A DNA stretch of 64,000 nt from an uncultured delta proteobacterium (GTDB lineage: Bacteria; Myxococcota; Myxococcia; Myxococcales; Myxococcaceae), in contig CAWCKH010000004.1 in NCBI GenBank assembly GCA_963796055.1, forward strand, positions 2,816,001 to 2,880,000. The letters run 5' to 3'. The position numbers and the translations under genes are program-made. Below are positions 9,329 to 17,777 of this stretch, in pieces; within the stretch, counting starts at the first letter, position 1, and each line of letters begins with the position of its first letter. The notes beneath the pieces were generated by a model that saw nothing but the letters and a program-made list of their open reading frames with translations, did not search any database and was not told the DNA's origin.

Positions 9329-10081
9329 ATGGTCTTCATCCGGCAGAACATCCAGGGTGGCATCGCCGAGGTTCGGCTCGAGCGAGGCAAGGTCAACGCG
9401 CTGAACGAGCAGGTGGTGGACGAGCTCTCGGGCTGCTTCCGCGATCTGGCCGATGACTCCCGGGTGCGAGGCATCCTCCTCACCGGTACCGGCAAGTTCT
9501 TCTCCTTCGGCTTCGACGTCCCGGAGTTCATGGGGGTCTCGAAGGAGGCGTTCGCCAGGTACGTCGAGAAGTTCACCGCGCTCTACCGCGACCTCTTCGC
9601 CCACCCAAAGCCGGTCGTCGCGGCGATCAACGGTCATGCGGTCGCCGGAGGGTGCATGCTCGCCACCGCCTGTGACGCTCGGGTCATGGCCAGGGAGACC
9701 GCCAAGATCGGCCTCAACGAGATTGGCTTCGGCTCGTCGCTCTTCGCCGGCAGCCTGGCGATGCTGCGCTTCTGGATCGGCGGGCGGAGGGCGCAGGAGG
9801 TGGTCTACGGAGGGACGCTCTACACCGCGGACCAGGCGCTTTCGCTCGGCCTGGTGGACGCCAGCGTCCCGGAGTTCACCGTCCTCGACGAGGCCCGACG
9901 ACGGCTCCACGAGCATGCCGACAAGCCGCTGGCGGCATTCCGCAGCATCAAGCTGCTGCTGCGACAGCCCGTGCTGGAGGAGATCCAGCGCACGGAAGGA
10001 CCATCGATCCGGGAGTTCGTCGAGATCTGGTACTCGGGCGACACGCGCCAAAGGCTGCAGGAGATCAAGATTCACCTCTGA
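9329..10081 (+). CDS. Enoyl-CoA hydratase/isomerase family protein
   Basis: KVNALN, FFSFGFD, PKPVVAAINGHAVAGGCMLA, IGLNE; ATG at 9329. Confidence 0.92.
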   Translation: MVFIRQNIQGGIAEVRLERGKVNALNEQVVDELSGCFRDLADDSRVRGILLTGTGKFFSFGFDVPEFMGVSKEAFARYVEKFTALYRDLFAHPKPVVAAINGHAVAGGCMLATACDARVMARETAKIGLNEIGFGSSLFAGSLAMLRFWIGGRRAQEVVYGGTLYTADQALSLGLVDASVPEFTVLDEARRRLHEHADKPLAAFRSIKLLLRQPVLEEIQRTEGPSIREFVEIWYSGDTRQRLQEIKIHL

Positions 10082-10171
10082 CCGCTCGCCGTGCAGGCCG
10101 TGGCTGGGCATCTTCACCACCCCGACGGCTCGCACGGCGACGATCACGGAGCGGTCCAGCTGGCCTGACGG

Positions 10172-10813
10172 TCAGGCCAGGTCGGGCCGCGCCTGCCGCC
10201 CGCGCCGCCGGTTCTTGGCCGTCGTTCCGCAGGTCGACATCTGGCACCAGCGGCGCAGTCCGTTGCGGCTGCGGTCCACGTAGGTCCAGCCGCACGATTC
10301 GCCGCCGCACACCCGAACCCGGGCTGACTCGGGCGAGGTGAGGAGCTGGACGGCGCTCCACAGCACCGGCCACAGCGGAGAGTCGAGCGCGGCCTCCGAC
10401 CCCTGCCATCCGAGGCGAACCCCGGGACCACCTTCGGTCCGGTCGGTCTCGAGGCACAGATGCGACAGCGCCCTGGGCAGCAACGCATCCAGGAGGTGGA
10501 GCGCCGCGCCGGGGTCCTTCCCTCGCGAGAGCGCCGCGGCGCAGGCCTGGATGGCAGCCCGCGCCCGCCGGGCGAATCCCAGAGCCCGCGCCGCCTCGGA
10601 TGGCTCGAGCGCCGCGCGACGGCGCAGCGCCGCCGCCTCCGATGTCCCGATCACCCCGGCGCGCTCGGCCCAGGCGAGGAGACGTGGATAGTCGCTCAGC
10701 CGCTCCTGGGCGAGGCCATGCTCCGTCCAGTCGACGGTGTTCACCAGGTCGAGCGCGAGGTTGCCGCCGATGAACTTGAAGGGGGCCGGGGAGGGGTGGG
10801 CCGATCCGGGCAC
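10172..10813 (-). CDS. ABATE / CGNR zinc-finger transcriptional regulator
   Basis: GGNLALDLVNT (ABATE) and C-terminal CGGESCGWTYVDRSRNGLRRWCQMSTCG zinc finger. Confidence 0.9.
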   Translation of the reverse strand: MPGSAHPSPAPFKFIGGNLALDLVNTVDWTEHGLAQERLSDYPRLLAWAERAGVIGTSEAAALRRRAALEPSEAARALGFARRARAAIQACAAALSRGKDPGAALHLLDALLPRALSHLCLETDRTEGGPGVRLGWQGSEAALDSPLWPVLWSAVQLLTSPESARVRVCGGESCGWTYVDRSRNGLRRWCQMSTCGTTAKNRRRGRQARPDLA

Positions 10814-10823
10814 GAGGGAACTG

Positions 10824-10903
10824 TAACACCGTCTAAATGCGCTTGACAGGTGTCAGTACCCCCGACAGAGTTGACACCTCTTAAACGACATTTGGAGGTG
10901 TCA
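10824..10903. promoter_or_regulatory. Two palindromic operators T(A/G)ACACC-N18-GGTGTCA in the divergent intergenic region
   Basis: 10824-10855 TAACACC-GTCTAAATGCGCTTGACA-GGTGTCA and 10872-10903 TGACACC-TCTTAAACGACATTTGGA-GGTGTCA. The region is AT-rich compared with its flanks. Confidence 0.8.
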
Positions 10904-10906
10904 AAC

Positions 10907-11245
10907 ATGGGGACACTCCCTCGGCGGATCGCTCGCGTCTGGGAAGGAAGCACCCGCTCCCGGGATGCAGAGGCGTACCTGGCCTATCTCGGCCGGACGG
11001 GCTTCCCCGGCTACCGGGACACGCCGGGCAATCGGGGGGTGATCGCCTTGCGGCGGGAGGGCCCTCGGGAGGCCCGCTTCCTCCTCCTCACGCTGTGGGA
11101 GTCGGAGGCGGCGATCCGGGCCTTCGCCGGTCCGGAGCCCTCGCGGGCGCGCTTCTACCCCGAGGATGACCGCTTCCTGCTCCGGCGTGGCGAGGCGGTA
11201 CGCCACTTCGACCTGGTGCACGCCGACGGGCTCGCCTGGCGATGA
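10907..11245 (+). CDS. Antibiotic-biosynthesis-monooxygenase (ABM)-like dimeric alpha-beta barrel protein
   Basis: IARVWEG...YRDTPGNRG...LTLWESEAAIRAFAG...FYPEDDRFL; GGAGG RBS before ATG 10907. Confidence 0.8.
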   Translation: MGTLPRRIARVWEGSTRSRDAEAYLAYLGRTGFPGYRDTPGNRGVIALRREGPREARFLLLTLWESEAAIRAFAGPEPSRARFYPEDDRFLLRRGEAVRHFDLVHADGLAWR

Positions 11246-12016
11246 ATCGCACCTCCCGGCTGGGCCTGCTCGGCGCATTCGGGGCCGTCTACCTCTTCTG
11301 GGGCGGGACGTTCCTCGCCATCCGGTACGCGGTGGCCGATCTCCCCGCCCCTCCTCACCATCGGCCTCCGCTGCGCGGGCGGCGCGGTGTTGCTGTTCGC
11401 CTGGCTTGGAGTCCGGGCCCGCCGGCGCCCCGCGCTCGCGGTGGCGATCGGTCTCGGCCTGGGCGCCGCGGGGGTGGCGGTGCTCTCCGGCGGAGATGGG
11501 CTGCACCCCGAGCGCGCCCGCGACCATGCCGCCCTGCTCGCCTGCGCATTCGCCTGGGCGCTGGGGTCCCTGCTCGCGCGCCACGGGCCCCGGCCCGCGT
11601 CCGCCACGCAGTCGACGGCGATGCAGCTGGCGACCGGGGCGGTGCTCGTGCTCGCGGTGAGCGCGGCCTTCGAGCCGTGGTCAGGGATCCGGCTCACTCG
11701 CCGGGGGACGGCGTCACTGGGCTTCCTGATCGTGTGCGGAACCGCCCTCGGGCTGGCCTCGTATACCTGGCTCCTGCGGATCACCAGTCCCGCGGCGGTG
11801 GGGACCTACGCGTTCGTCAATCCGGTGATCGCCCTTCTGCTCGGCTCGTCGGTGGGGGACGACCGGCTGGGGTGGCGGACGGCGCTGGCCACCGCCCTGA
11901 TCGTGTCCGCGGTGCTGGTGACGCAGTGGCGAGCTCTGGTGGGGCCCTCGCGCTCCGGGGAGCCCGCCTGCCGAGGCCGCGCGATCGAGCGCGCGGTGGC
12001 GGCGAGCGGTCCCTAG
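11242..12016 (+). pseudogene. EamA/DMT (YedA-like) transporter, frameshifted and apparently internally deleted
   Basis: N-terminus VYLFWGGTFLAIRYAVADLP is in one frame; the C-terminal part (YTWLL...TYAFVNPVIALLLG) is in another. Removing one C at 11343-11346 gives DLPPLLTIGLR. The reconstructed product (~257 aa) is short for a 10-TM EamA. Confidence 0.75.
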
Positions 12017-12186
12017 GCCTCTGAAAGCCAGCAGGATGCCGGTGCAGTGCAGGCCTTCGTCGGTGCGCTGGTCCTGGGGACGACCTTTGGTCCGCGCAAA
12101 ACTGCGGAATTCGCTGCAACCCGCGCTACGATGCCTCATCCGCGGACTGCTGACGGAGCCGGGGCGAAACGAGGGAGGGTAGAGCG

Positions 12187-12771
12187 ATGAGACGATGGAT
12201 GGTGCTGGGTCTGCTCGCCTGCGCGTGCGGAAGCGACTCCGGTAGCTCGGGGCCAGGGTCGATCAGCGGAACGGTGGGTGGACAGCCCTTGAGCGTGAAG
12301 GACGCGGTGTTCAGTCTCGAGGACAACGCGGTCCTGGTCGTCATCTCCGACCAGGCGAACATGTGTGCTCTTCTGGGTGGAACGACCTTGCCCGGCACGA
12401 CCACCGCGCTGTACCTCTCCCTGGCCAACTTCGTTCCCCCGGCGACGGTCAACGGCCACGTCACCGGCGACTACGCGTTCTTCGATCTGGGGGGCATGAC
12501 GTTTCCCACCACCGCCGGACGCTACTGGTATGGAGGATTCGAGACGGTCACCGCCGCTTGCACGGTGGCCACCGTGTCCTTTGCCACCGGCGGCACGGTC
12601 AGCGTGACCCAGACTGGCAACACCAGCGGGACTCACTTCAAGGCCAACCTGAACGGGCTGAAGTTCGGAGCGGACACACTCAACGGCAGCATCGACGCCA
12701 CCTACTGCCCGGCGGTGTCCACCACGCAGTGCGGAAATTCGCTCGCCCCACCACCCGGGCAGCAGGAGTAG
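12187..12771 (+). CDS. Hypothetical lipoprotein
   Basis: RBS GAGGGAGG, signal peptide with lipobox (LLACAC), Gly/Ser linker, beta-rich body with Cys residues. Confidence 0.75.
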   Translation: MRRWMVLGLLACACGSDSGSSGPGSISGTVGGQPLSVKDAVFSLEDNAVLVVISDQANMCALLGGTTLPGTTTALYLSLANFVPPATVNGHVTGDYAFFDLGGMTFPTTAGRYWYGGFETVTAACTVATVSFATGGTVSVTQTGNTSGTHFKANLNGLKFGADTLNGSIDATYCPAVSTTQCGNSLAPPPGQQE

Positions 12772-12784
12772 GCGTCGGCCGCGG

Positions 12785-13020
12785 CTAGAAACCCACCGCC
12801 GGCCCGGTGATGGACCCCGCCGACCTGCCCTCGAACAGGACGAAGACGCTTCGTCCGTAGAAGAACGGCATTCCCCAGTCGAACGTGCCGCTCGGGAGCT
12901 GGAAGTCGCCCAGTGGACCGGCCAGAGTGGGGAACACCGCCGCATCGGGGGCGGAGGTGAAGAGCTGGTCCGCATTCCCCACCGTGAACTGGACCTGTGC
13001 CGGCGGAGGGCCGCGGGTGG
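12785..13020 (-). pseudogene. 3' remnant of a DUF3443-like gene
   Basis: VQFTVGNADQLF...VFPTLAGP...FDWGMPFFYGRSVF...GPAVGF matches my recollection of the DUF3443 C-terminus; no plausible start or N-terminal portion. Confidence 0.55.
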
Positions 13021-13236
13021 TCAGTGGCCAACTTCGGTCGGTGCGGCCATGGCCGGGGGGCCCTCGCGAATGCGCTCGACGGTGAGCGCTGCTTCCTTCG
13101 CCGCGGCGGACTCGAGGTTCGTCCGGAGGACGACGTGCGGAGCGCGGATCTCGCGCCAGCCAGCTGCGGCCGGCGCCGCGCCCACGAGCAGCATCGATAC
13201 CAGGACCGCCCCAGCGCTCACACGGGCCACGCGCAT
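13021..13236 (-). pseudogene. 5' remnant of a secreted myxobacterial protein (DUF1570/peptidase MA-like N-terminus)
   Basis: Signal peptide followed by WREIRAPHVVLRTNLESAAAKEAALTVERIR, then a stop after about 70 codons. Confidence 0.45.
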
Positions 13237-13271
13237 CTCTCCCGGCTTGGACGGCACAATGCCGATGGGGA

Positions 13272-13952
13272 TCATGGCCCGCTCCCCGCCGCGACTCGTC
13301 CGAGCAGCCCGGTGTCCACCTCGAGCAGCGAGCGAACGACGGCATCCGCGGCGCCGAACCGCGCATCCTCCACCGGCCAGCGCTCCGGCACGGCGATGCA
13401 TCGCATGCCGGCCGAGGTCGCCGCGAGGACGCCGTTCACCGAGTCCTCCAGCGCCACGCACTCCGCGGGCGGGACGCCGAGCCGTGCGGCAGTGGTCAGG
13501 TACACGCCCGGATGTGGCTTGCCGAACCGCTCACCCTCGGCGGACACCACCGCCTCGAACATCCCGCGCAGCCCAACGCGCTCGAGCACGCCCTCGATCA
13601 GCGCCAGCGGGGACGACGAGGCCAGTGCGACGCGCAACCCCGCGCCCTGCACCACCGCGAGGCTCTCGCGCACTCCAGGCTTGAGCGGCGCGCGCTCCGC
13701 GAGCAGGGCCAGCACGCGCCGGAGGATGCGTTCCACCACTTCCTCGGGCGACACACCCCTCCACGGGTGACGGGCGGCCCAGTACCCCACCGCCTCGTCC
13801 ATCCGGAGGCCTGTGGTCTCCAGGCACCGTTCGGGGGTGAGCGGCACCCCGATCGCGCCGAGCACCTCCATCTCCGCGGTCATCCAGCAGGGCTCCGAGT
13901 CGATCAGCAGCCCGTCCAGGTCGTAGATGACGGACTGGAGCGTCCCGATCAC
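13272..13952 (-). CDS. HAD-superfamily hydrolase (HxpB/YniC-like sugar-phosphate phosphatase)
   Basis: DLDGLLIDSEP, ALASSS, GKPHPGVY, LEDSVNG; overlaps the uvrA stop. Confidence 0.9.
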   Translation of the reverse strand: MIGTLQSVIYDLDGLLIDSEPCWMTAEMEVLGAIGVPLTPERCLETTGLRMDEAVGYWAARHPWRGVSPEEVVERILRRVLALLAERAPLKPGVRESLAVVQGAGLRVALASSSPLALIEGVLERVGLRGMFEAVVSAEGERFGKPHPGVYLTTAARLGVPPAECVALEDSVNGVLAATSAGMRCIAVPERWPVEDARFGAADAVVRSLLEVDTGLLGRVAAGSGP

Positions 13953-16834
13953 TGCGCCGCAGCCGCCTGCCCCGGAGCCTCCACCGACCGGCTGGGCCGC
14001 GCGACTCGCCCGCGCTCCAGGACCTGACGCAGGTACAGACCGGTGTGGCTCGCCTCCACCCCGGCCACCTGCTCGGGCGTGCCGGTGGCCAGCACCCGTC
14101 CACCGCCAGCGCCGCCCTCGGGTCCCAGGTCGATGACCCAGTCCGCGCTCTTGATGACGTCCAGGTTGTGCTCGATGACGACCACGGTGTTCCCCGCTTC
14201 GACCAGCCGCTCCAGGACGCGGAGCAGCTTGCGGATGTCGTCGAAGTGCAGCCCGGTCGTCGGCTCGTCCAGGATGTAGAGCGTCTTCCCGGTCGCCACC
14301 CGCGCCAGCTCCCGGCTCAGCTTGATGCGCTGGGCCTCGCCGCCGGACAGCGTGGGCGAGCTCTGACCGAGTTTGAGATATCCGAGCCCCACGTCCTCCA
14401 GGGTCTGCAGCACCCTCACGATGTCCCGGTGCACACCGAAGTGCTCCTTCGCCTCGTGGATGCTCATCTCCAGCACCTCGGCGATGTTCTTCCCCTTGTA
14501 TCGGACCCGCAACGTCGCCTCGTTGAAGCGCTTACCGCCGCAGACCTCGCAGGGCACGTACACGTCGGCGAGGAAGTGCATCTCCACCAGCCTCACCCCG
14601 TCGCCCTCGCACGACTCGCACCGGCCGCCCTTGACGTTGAAGCTGAACCGGCCGGCGTCGTAGCCGAAGGCCCGCGCCTCCTGCGTCAGCGCGAACACCT
14701 CGCGGATGGAGTCGAACACCTTGGTGTACGTCGCCGGGTTGCTCCGCGGAGTCCGGCCGATGGGCCTCTGATCGATGTCGATCACCTTGTCCAGGTGCTC
14801 TGCGCCCTTGACCGCCTTGTGCCGCCCCGGCACCACCCGGGTCTCGCTCAGCCGCTGGGACAGCGCGGGGTAGAGGATCTCGTTCACCAGGGTGGACTTC
14901 CCGGCCCCGCTCACCCCGGTGACCGCCACCAGCAGCCCCAGCGGGAACTCCACGGTGATGTTCTGGAGGTTGTTCTCCTTGGCGCCCTCGACCACCAGCC
15001 GCGCCTTCCCGGGCTCGCGACGGTGGCGCGGCACGTCGATCATCTCCCGCCCGCTGAGGTACGCGCCGGTCAGGCTGTCGGGGTTTGCCATCACCTGGGC
15101 GGGCGTCCCCTGGGCGACGATCCGCCCCCCGAGCTCGCCCGCTCCGGGACCGAAGTCGACGATCCAGTCGGCCGCCTGCATCGTCTCCTCGTCATGCTCG
15201 ACGACGATGACCGAGTTCCCCAGATCGCGCAGCCGCTTGAGCGTGGCCAGGAGCTTTCCGTTGTCCCGCTGGTGCAGCCCGATGCTCGGCTCGTCGAGAA
15301 TGTAGACCACCCCGGTGAGCTCGCTCCCCATCTGGGAGGCGAGCCGGATGCGCTGGCTCTCCCCACCCGAGAGCGTGGCTGCGCTCCGGTCCAGGGTCAG
15401 GTAGCCCAGCCCCACGTCGAGCAGGAACCCCAGCCGGCTCTGGATCTCCTTGAGCAGCTCCCGCGCCACCGGCTCCTCGGCCGCGGTGAGCGGCATCCTC
15501 GCCAGGAACTCGCGGGCCTCGGAGATGGTCAGCCGCGAGAGCTCGACGATGCTCTTGCCGTGAACCTTCACCGCGCGGACCTCGGGCTTCAGCCGCTCGC
15601 CGTGGCAGGTGGGGCAGGGCTGCGGGGAGAAGAAGCGCGCGTAGTACTTCCGCATCGCCTCGCTCTGGGTGGTCCGGAAGGAGCGAAGCAGCTTGTGGAC
15701 CATCCCCTCCCACTCCATGGTCCACTTCCCACCCGAGCCCCACTTGACGGTGAACTCCTTGCCGCCGGTCCCGTAGAGCACCACGTCCCGCTCGCGCTTG
15801 CTCAGCTTCGACCAGGGGACGTCCAGATCGATGTCGAACGCCTTTGCCAGCTGCTCGACGAACTCCGCGGTCCACCCCTCGCCCCGCACCATCCCGCTGC
15901 TCCACGGCTCCACCGCGCCCTCCCGGATGGTGCGCGAGGGGTCGGGGACGATGAGGTCCGGATCCATCTCCGGCTTCGTCCCCAGGCCGTTGCAGTCCGG
16001 GCACATCCCCAGCGGGTTGTTGAAGCTGAAGTGCGCCGGGGTCAGCTCGCCAAACGACAGGCCGCAGTGATGGCAGGCGTTCAGCTCGCTCAGTACCCGC
16101 GGGTTCCCGCCGGCCTCGTCGGTGAGGAGCAGCACGCCCTTGCCCTCGCGGAGCGCGGTCTCCACCGAGTCGGTGAGCCGCGACCGGAGGTCGGGCTTGA
16201 GCACCAGCCGGTCCACCACCACCTCGATGCTGTGCTTGGACTTCTTGTCCAGGGTGATGGGCTCCTCCAGCCCCCGCACCCGGCCGTCGATGCGGGCCCG
16301 GGCGAAGCCGCGCTTCTGCGCGTCGGCGAGCAGCTCGCGGTGCTCGCCCTTCCGCTCCTGGACCAGGGGAGCGAGCACCATCAGCTTCGTGCCCGCTGGC
16401 ATCCGGAGGATCTCGTCGACGATCTGCTGCGCCGACTGGCGGCCCACCCGCCGCCCGCACTTCCAGCAGTGCTGCACCCCGATGGAGGCGTAGAGCACAC
16501 GCAGGTAGTCGTGGACCTCGGTCACCGTCCCCACCGTCGAGCGGGGGTTGTTGCTGGCCGCCTTCTGCTCGATGGAGATGGTGGGCGAGAGGCCCCGGAG
16601 GGTCTCGTACTTCGGCTTCTCCATCTGACCGAGGAACTGCCGGGCGTAGGCCGACAGGCTCTCCACGTAGCGCCGCTGTCCCTCGGCGTAGAGCGTGTCG
16701 AAGGCCAGCGAGCTCTTCCCGCTCCCGCTCACCCCGCTGAAGACCACCAGCGCCTTCTTCGGAACGTCGAGGGAGACGGATTTGAGGTTGTGCTCGGAGG
16801 CGCCCCGGATGGAGATGACGTCGGGCTCGGACAT
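13949..16834 (-). CDS. uvrA: Excinuclease ABC subunit A
   Basis: GASEHNLK, GVSGSGKSSLAFDTLYAEGQRRYVESLS, two ABC ATPase cassettes, zinc fingers; 961 aa. Confidence 0.98.
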   Translation of the reverse strand: MSEPDVISIRGASEHNLKSVSLDVPKKALVVFSGVSGSGKSSLAFDTLYAEGQRRYVESLSAYARQFLGQMEKPKYETLRGLSPTISIEQKAASNNPRSTVGTVTEVHDYLRVLYASIGVQHCWKCGRRVGRQSAQQIVDEILRMPAGTKLMVLAPLVQERKGEHRELLADAQKRGFARARIDGRVRGLEEPITLDKKSKHSIEVVVDRLVLKPDLRSRLTDSVETALREGKGVLLLTDEAGGNPRVLSELNACHHCGLSFGELTPAHFSFNNPLGMCPDCNGLGTKPEMDPDLIVPDPSRTIREGAVEPWSSGMVRGEGWTAEFVEQLAKAFDIDLDVPWSKLSKRERDVVLYGTGGKEFTVKWGSGGKWTMEWEGMVHKLLRSFRTTQSEAMRKYYARFFSPQPCPTCHGERLKPEVRAVKVHGKSIVELSRLTISEAREFLARMPLTAAEEPVARELLKEIQSRLGFLLDVGLGYLTLDRSAATLSGGESQRIRLASQMGSELTGVVYILDEPSIGLHQRDNGKLLATLKRLRDLGNSVIVVEHDEETMQAADWIVDFGPGAGELGGRIVAQGTPAQVMANPDSLTGAYLSGREMIDVPRHRREPGKARLVVEGAKENNLQNITVEFPLGLLVAVTGVSGAGKSTLVNEILYPALSQRLSETRVVPGRHKAVKGAEHLDKVIDIDQRPIGRTPRSNPATYTKVFDSIREVFALTQEARAFGYDAGRFSFNVKGGRCESCEGDGVRLVEMHFLADVYVPCEVCGGKRFNEATLRVRYKGKNIAEVLEMSIHEAKEHFGVHRDIVRVLQTLEDVGLGYLKLGQSSPTLSGGEAQRIKLSRELARVATGKTLYILDEPTTGLHFDDIRKLLRVLERLVEAGNTVVVIEHNLDVIKSADWVIDLGPEGGAGGGRVLATGTPEQVAGVEASHTGLYLRQVLERGRVARPSRSVEAPGQAAAAQ

Positions 16835-16881
16835 GCGCAGCCAACCTTGTTAACACCCCGCCCGAGCCGAGGGCACGGGAC

Positions 16882-17739
16882 ATGAGCCACACCGCTCTCA
16901 TCGTGGGAGTGGGTGACATCCACGGGCGTTTCCACCGGGTGCGGACCTGGCTGGATGCCCTCGAGCACGCGATGGGCCGACCGGTGGACGCGGTCCTGGC
17001 AGTGGGAGACGTGGAGGCCTTCGCCACCGCCGACGACCATCGGCGCAAGGCTGCCAAGCGCACCATGCCCGCCGAGTTCGCCGCCTTCGCAGCCGGCGAG
17101 TCACGGATACCCCGTCCCTTCTACTTCATCGGTGGAAACAACGAGGACTTCGAGAGCCTGCACGCGTTGCCAGAGGGCGGCGAGGTCGCGCCCGGAGTCC
17201 ACTACCTCGGCCGGGTGGGGACTGCGACCATCGCCGGCGTGCGCGTGGGCTGGCTCTCCGGCATCTACGCCCCGAAGTGGCTGGACACCCCGCTGCAGGC
17301 GCCCTCCAGCGCGGCCACCCGCAAGCAGGCGGGCTACTTCCGCCGGGGTGAGCTCGAGCGGCTCCGTGGCCAGCACGTCGATCTCCTCCTCACCCATGAG
17401 TGGCCGCGGGGGCTGTTCGCCCGGACTCCGGGGAAGCCGGTCCGCCCATGGATGGGCAATCCGTTGACCCGGGCGCTGGTGGATGAGGTGCAGCCGCCGT
17501 GGCTCCTCTGCGGACATTCGCACGAGCGCTTCGCCGCGACCTTGCACCACGCCGGAGGGGTGCAGACGCGGGTAGCCTGTCTCGACGAGGCGGCCGAGCC
17601 GGAAGGTGCGGTGCTCTGGATGGAGTGGAGCCGAGGCCAGGTAGTGCGGGCAGGGTGGGGAATCGACGGACATGTGTCCTGGACGACCGCCCAGCCGTGG
17701 GGCGCCTCGCGCGGCACGACGGCACGGAGCGTCCCCTGA
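16882..17739 (+). CDS. Calcineurin-like metallophosphoesterase, Dbr1 (lariat debranching enzyme)-like
   Basis: GDIHG, GDVE, FIGGNNE, LLTHEWP, GHSH motifs, with Dbr1-like linkers (LPEGGEVAPGVHYLG, GVRVGWLSGIY). Confidence 0.85.
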   Translation: MSHTALIVGVGDIHGRFHRVRTWLDALEHAMGRPVDAVLAVGDVEAFATADDHRRKAAKRTMPAEFAAFAAGESRIPRPFYFIGGNNEDFESLHALPEGGEVAPGVHYLGRVGTATIAGVRVGWLSGIYAPKWLDTPLQAPSSAATRKQAGYFRRGELERLRGQHVDLLLTHEWPRGLFARTPGKPVRPWMGNPLTRALVDEVQPPWLLCGHSHERFAATLHHAGGVQTRVACLDEAAEPEGAVLWMEWSRGQVVRAGWGIDGHVSWTTAQPWGASRGTTARSVP

Positions 17740-17777
17740 CCTCGCGGCGGGAACGTCCTGCTACGCTTCCACCCTGC

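Noticed and set aside
12133..12175. Hammerhead-ribozyme-like string (CTGACGGAGCCGGGGCGAAACGAGG)
   Set aside because: The core deviates from CUGANGA, stem I cannot form convincingly and stem III is mismatched; the 3' part is simply the RBS of the next gene.
16835..16881. LexA/SOS box upstream of uvrA
   Set aside because: Only a short TGTTAACA palindrome is present; no recognisable LexA consensus.
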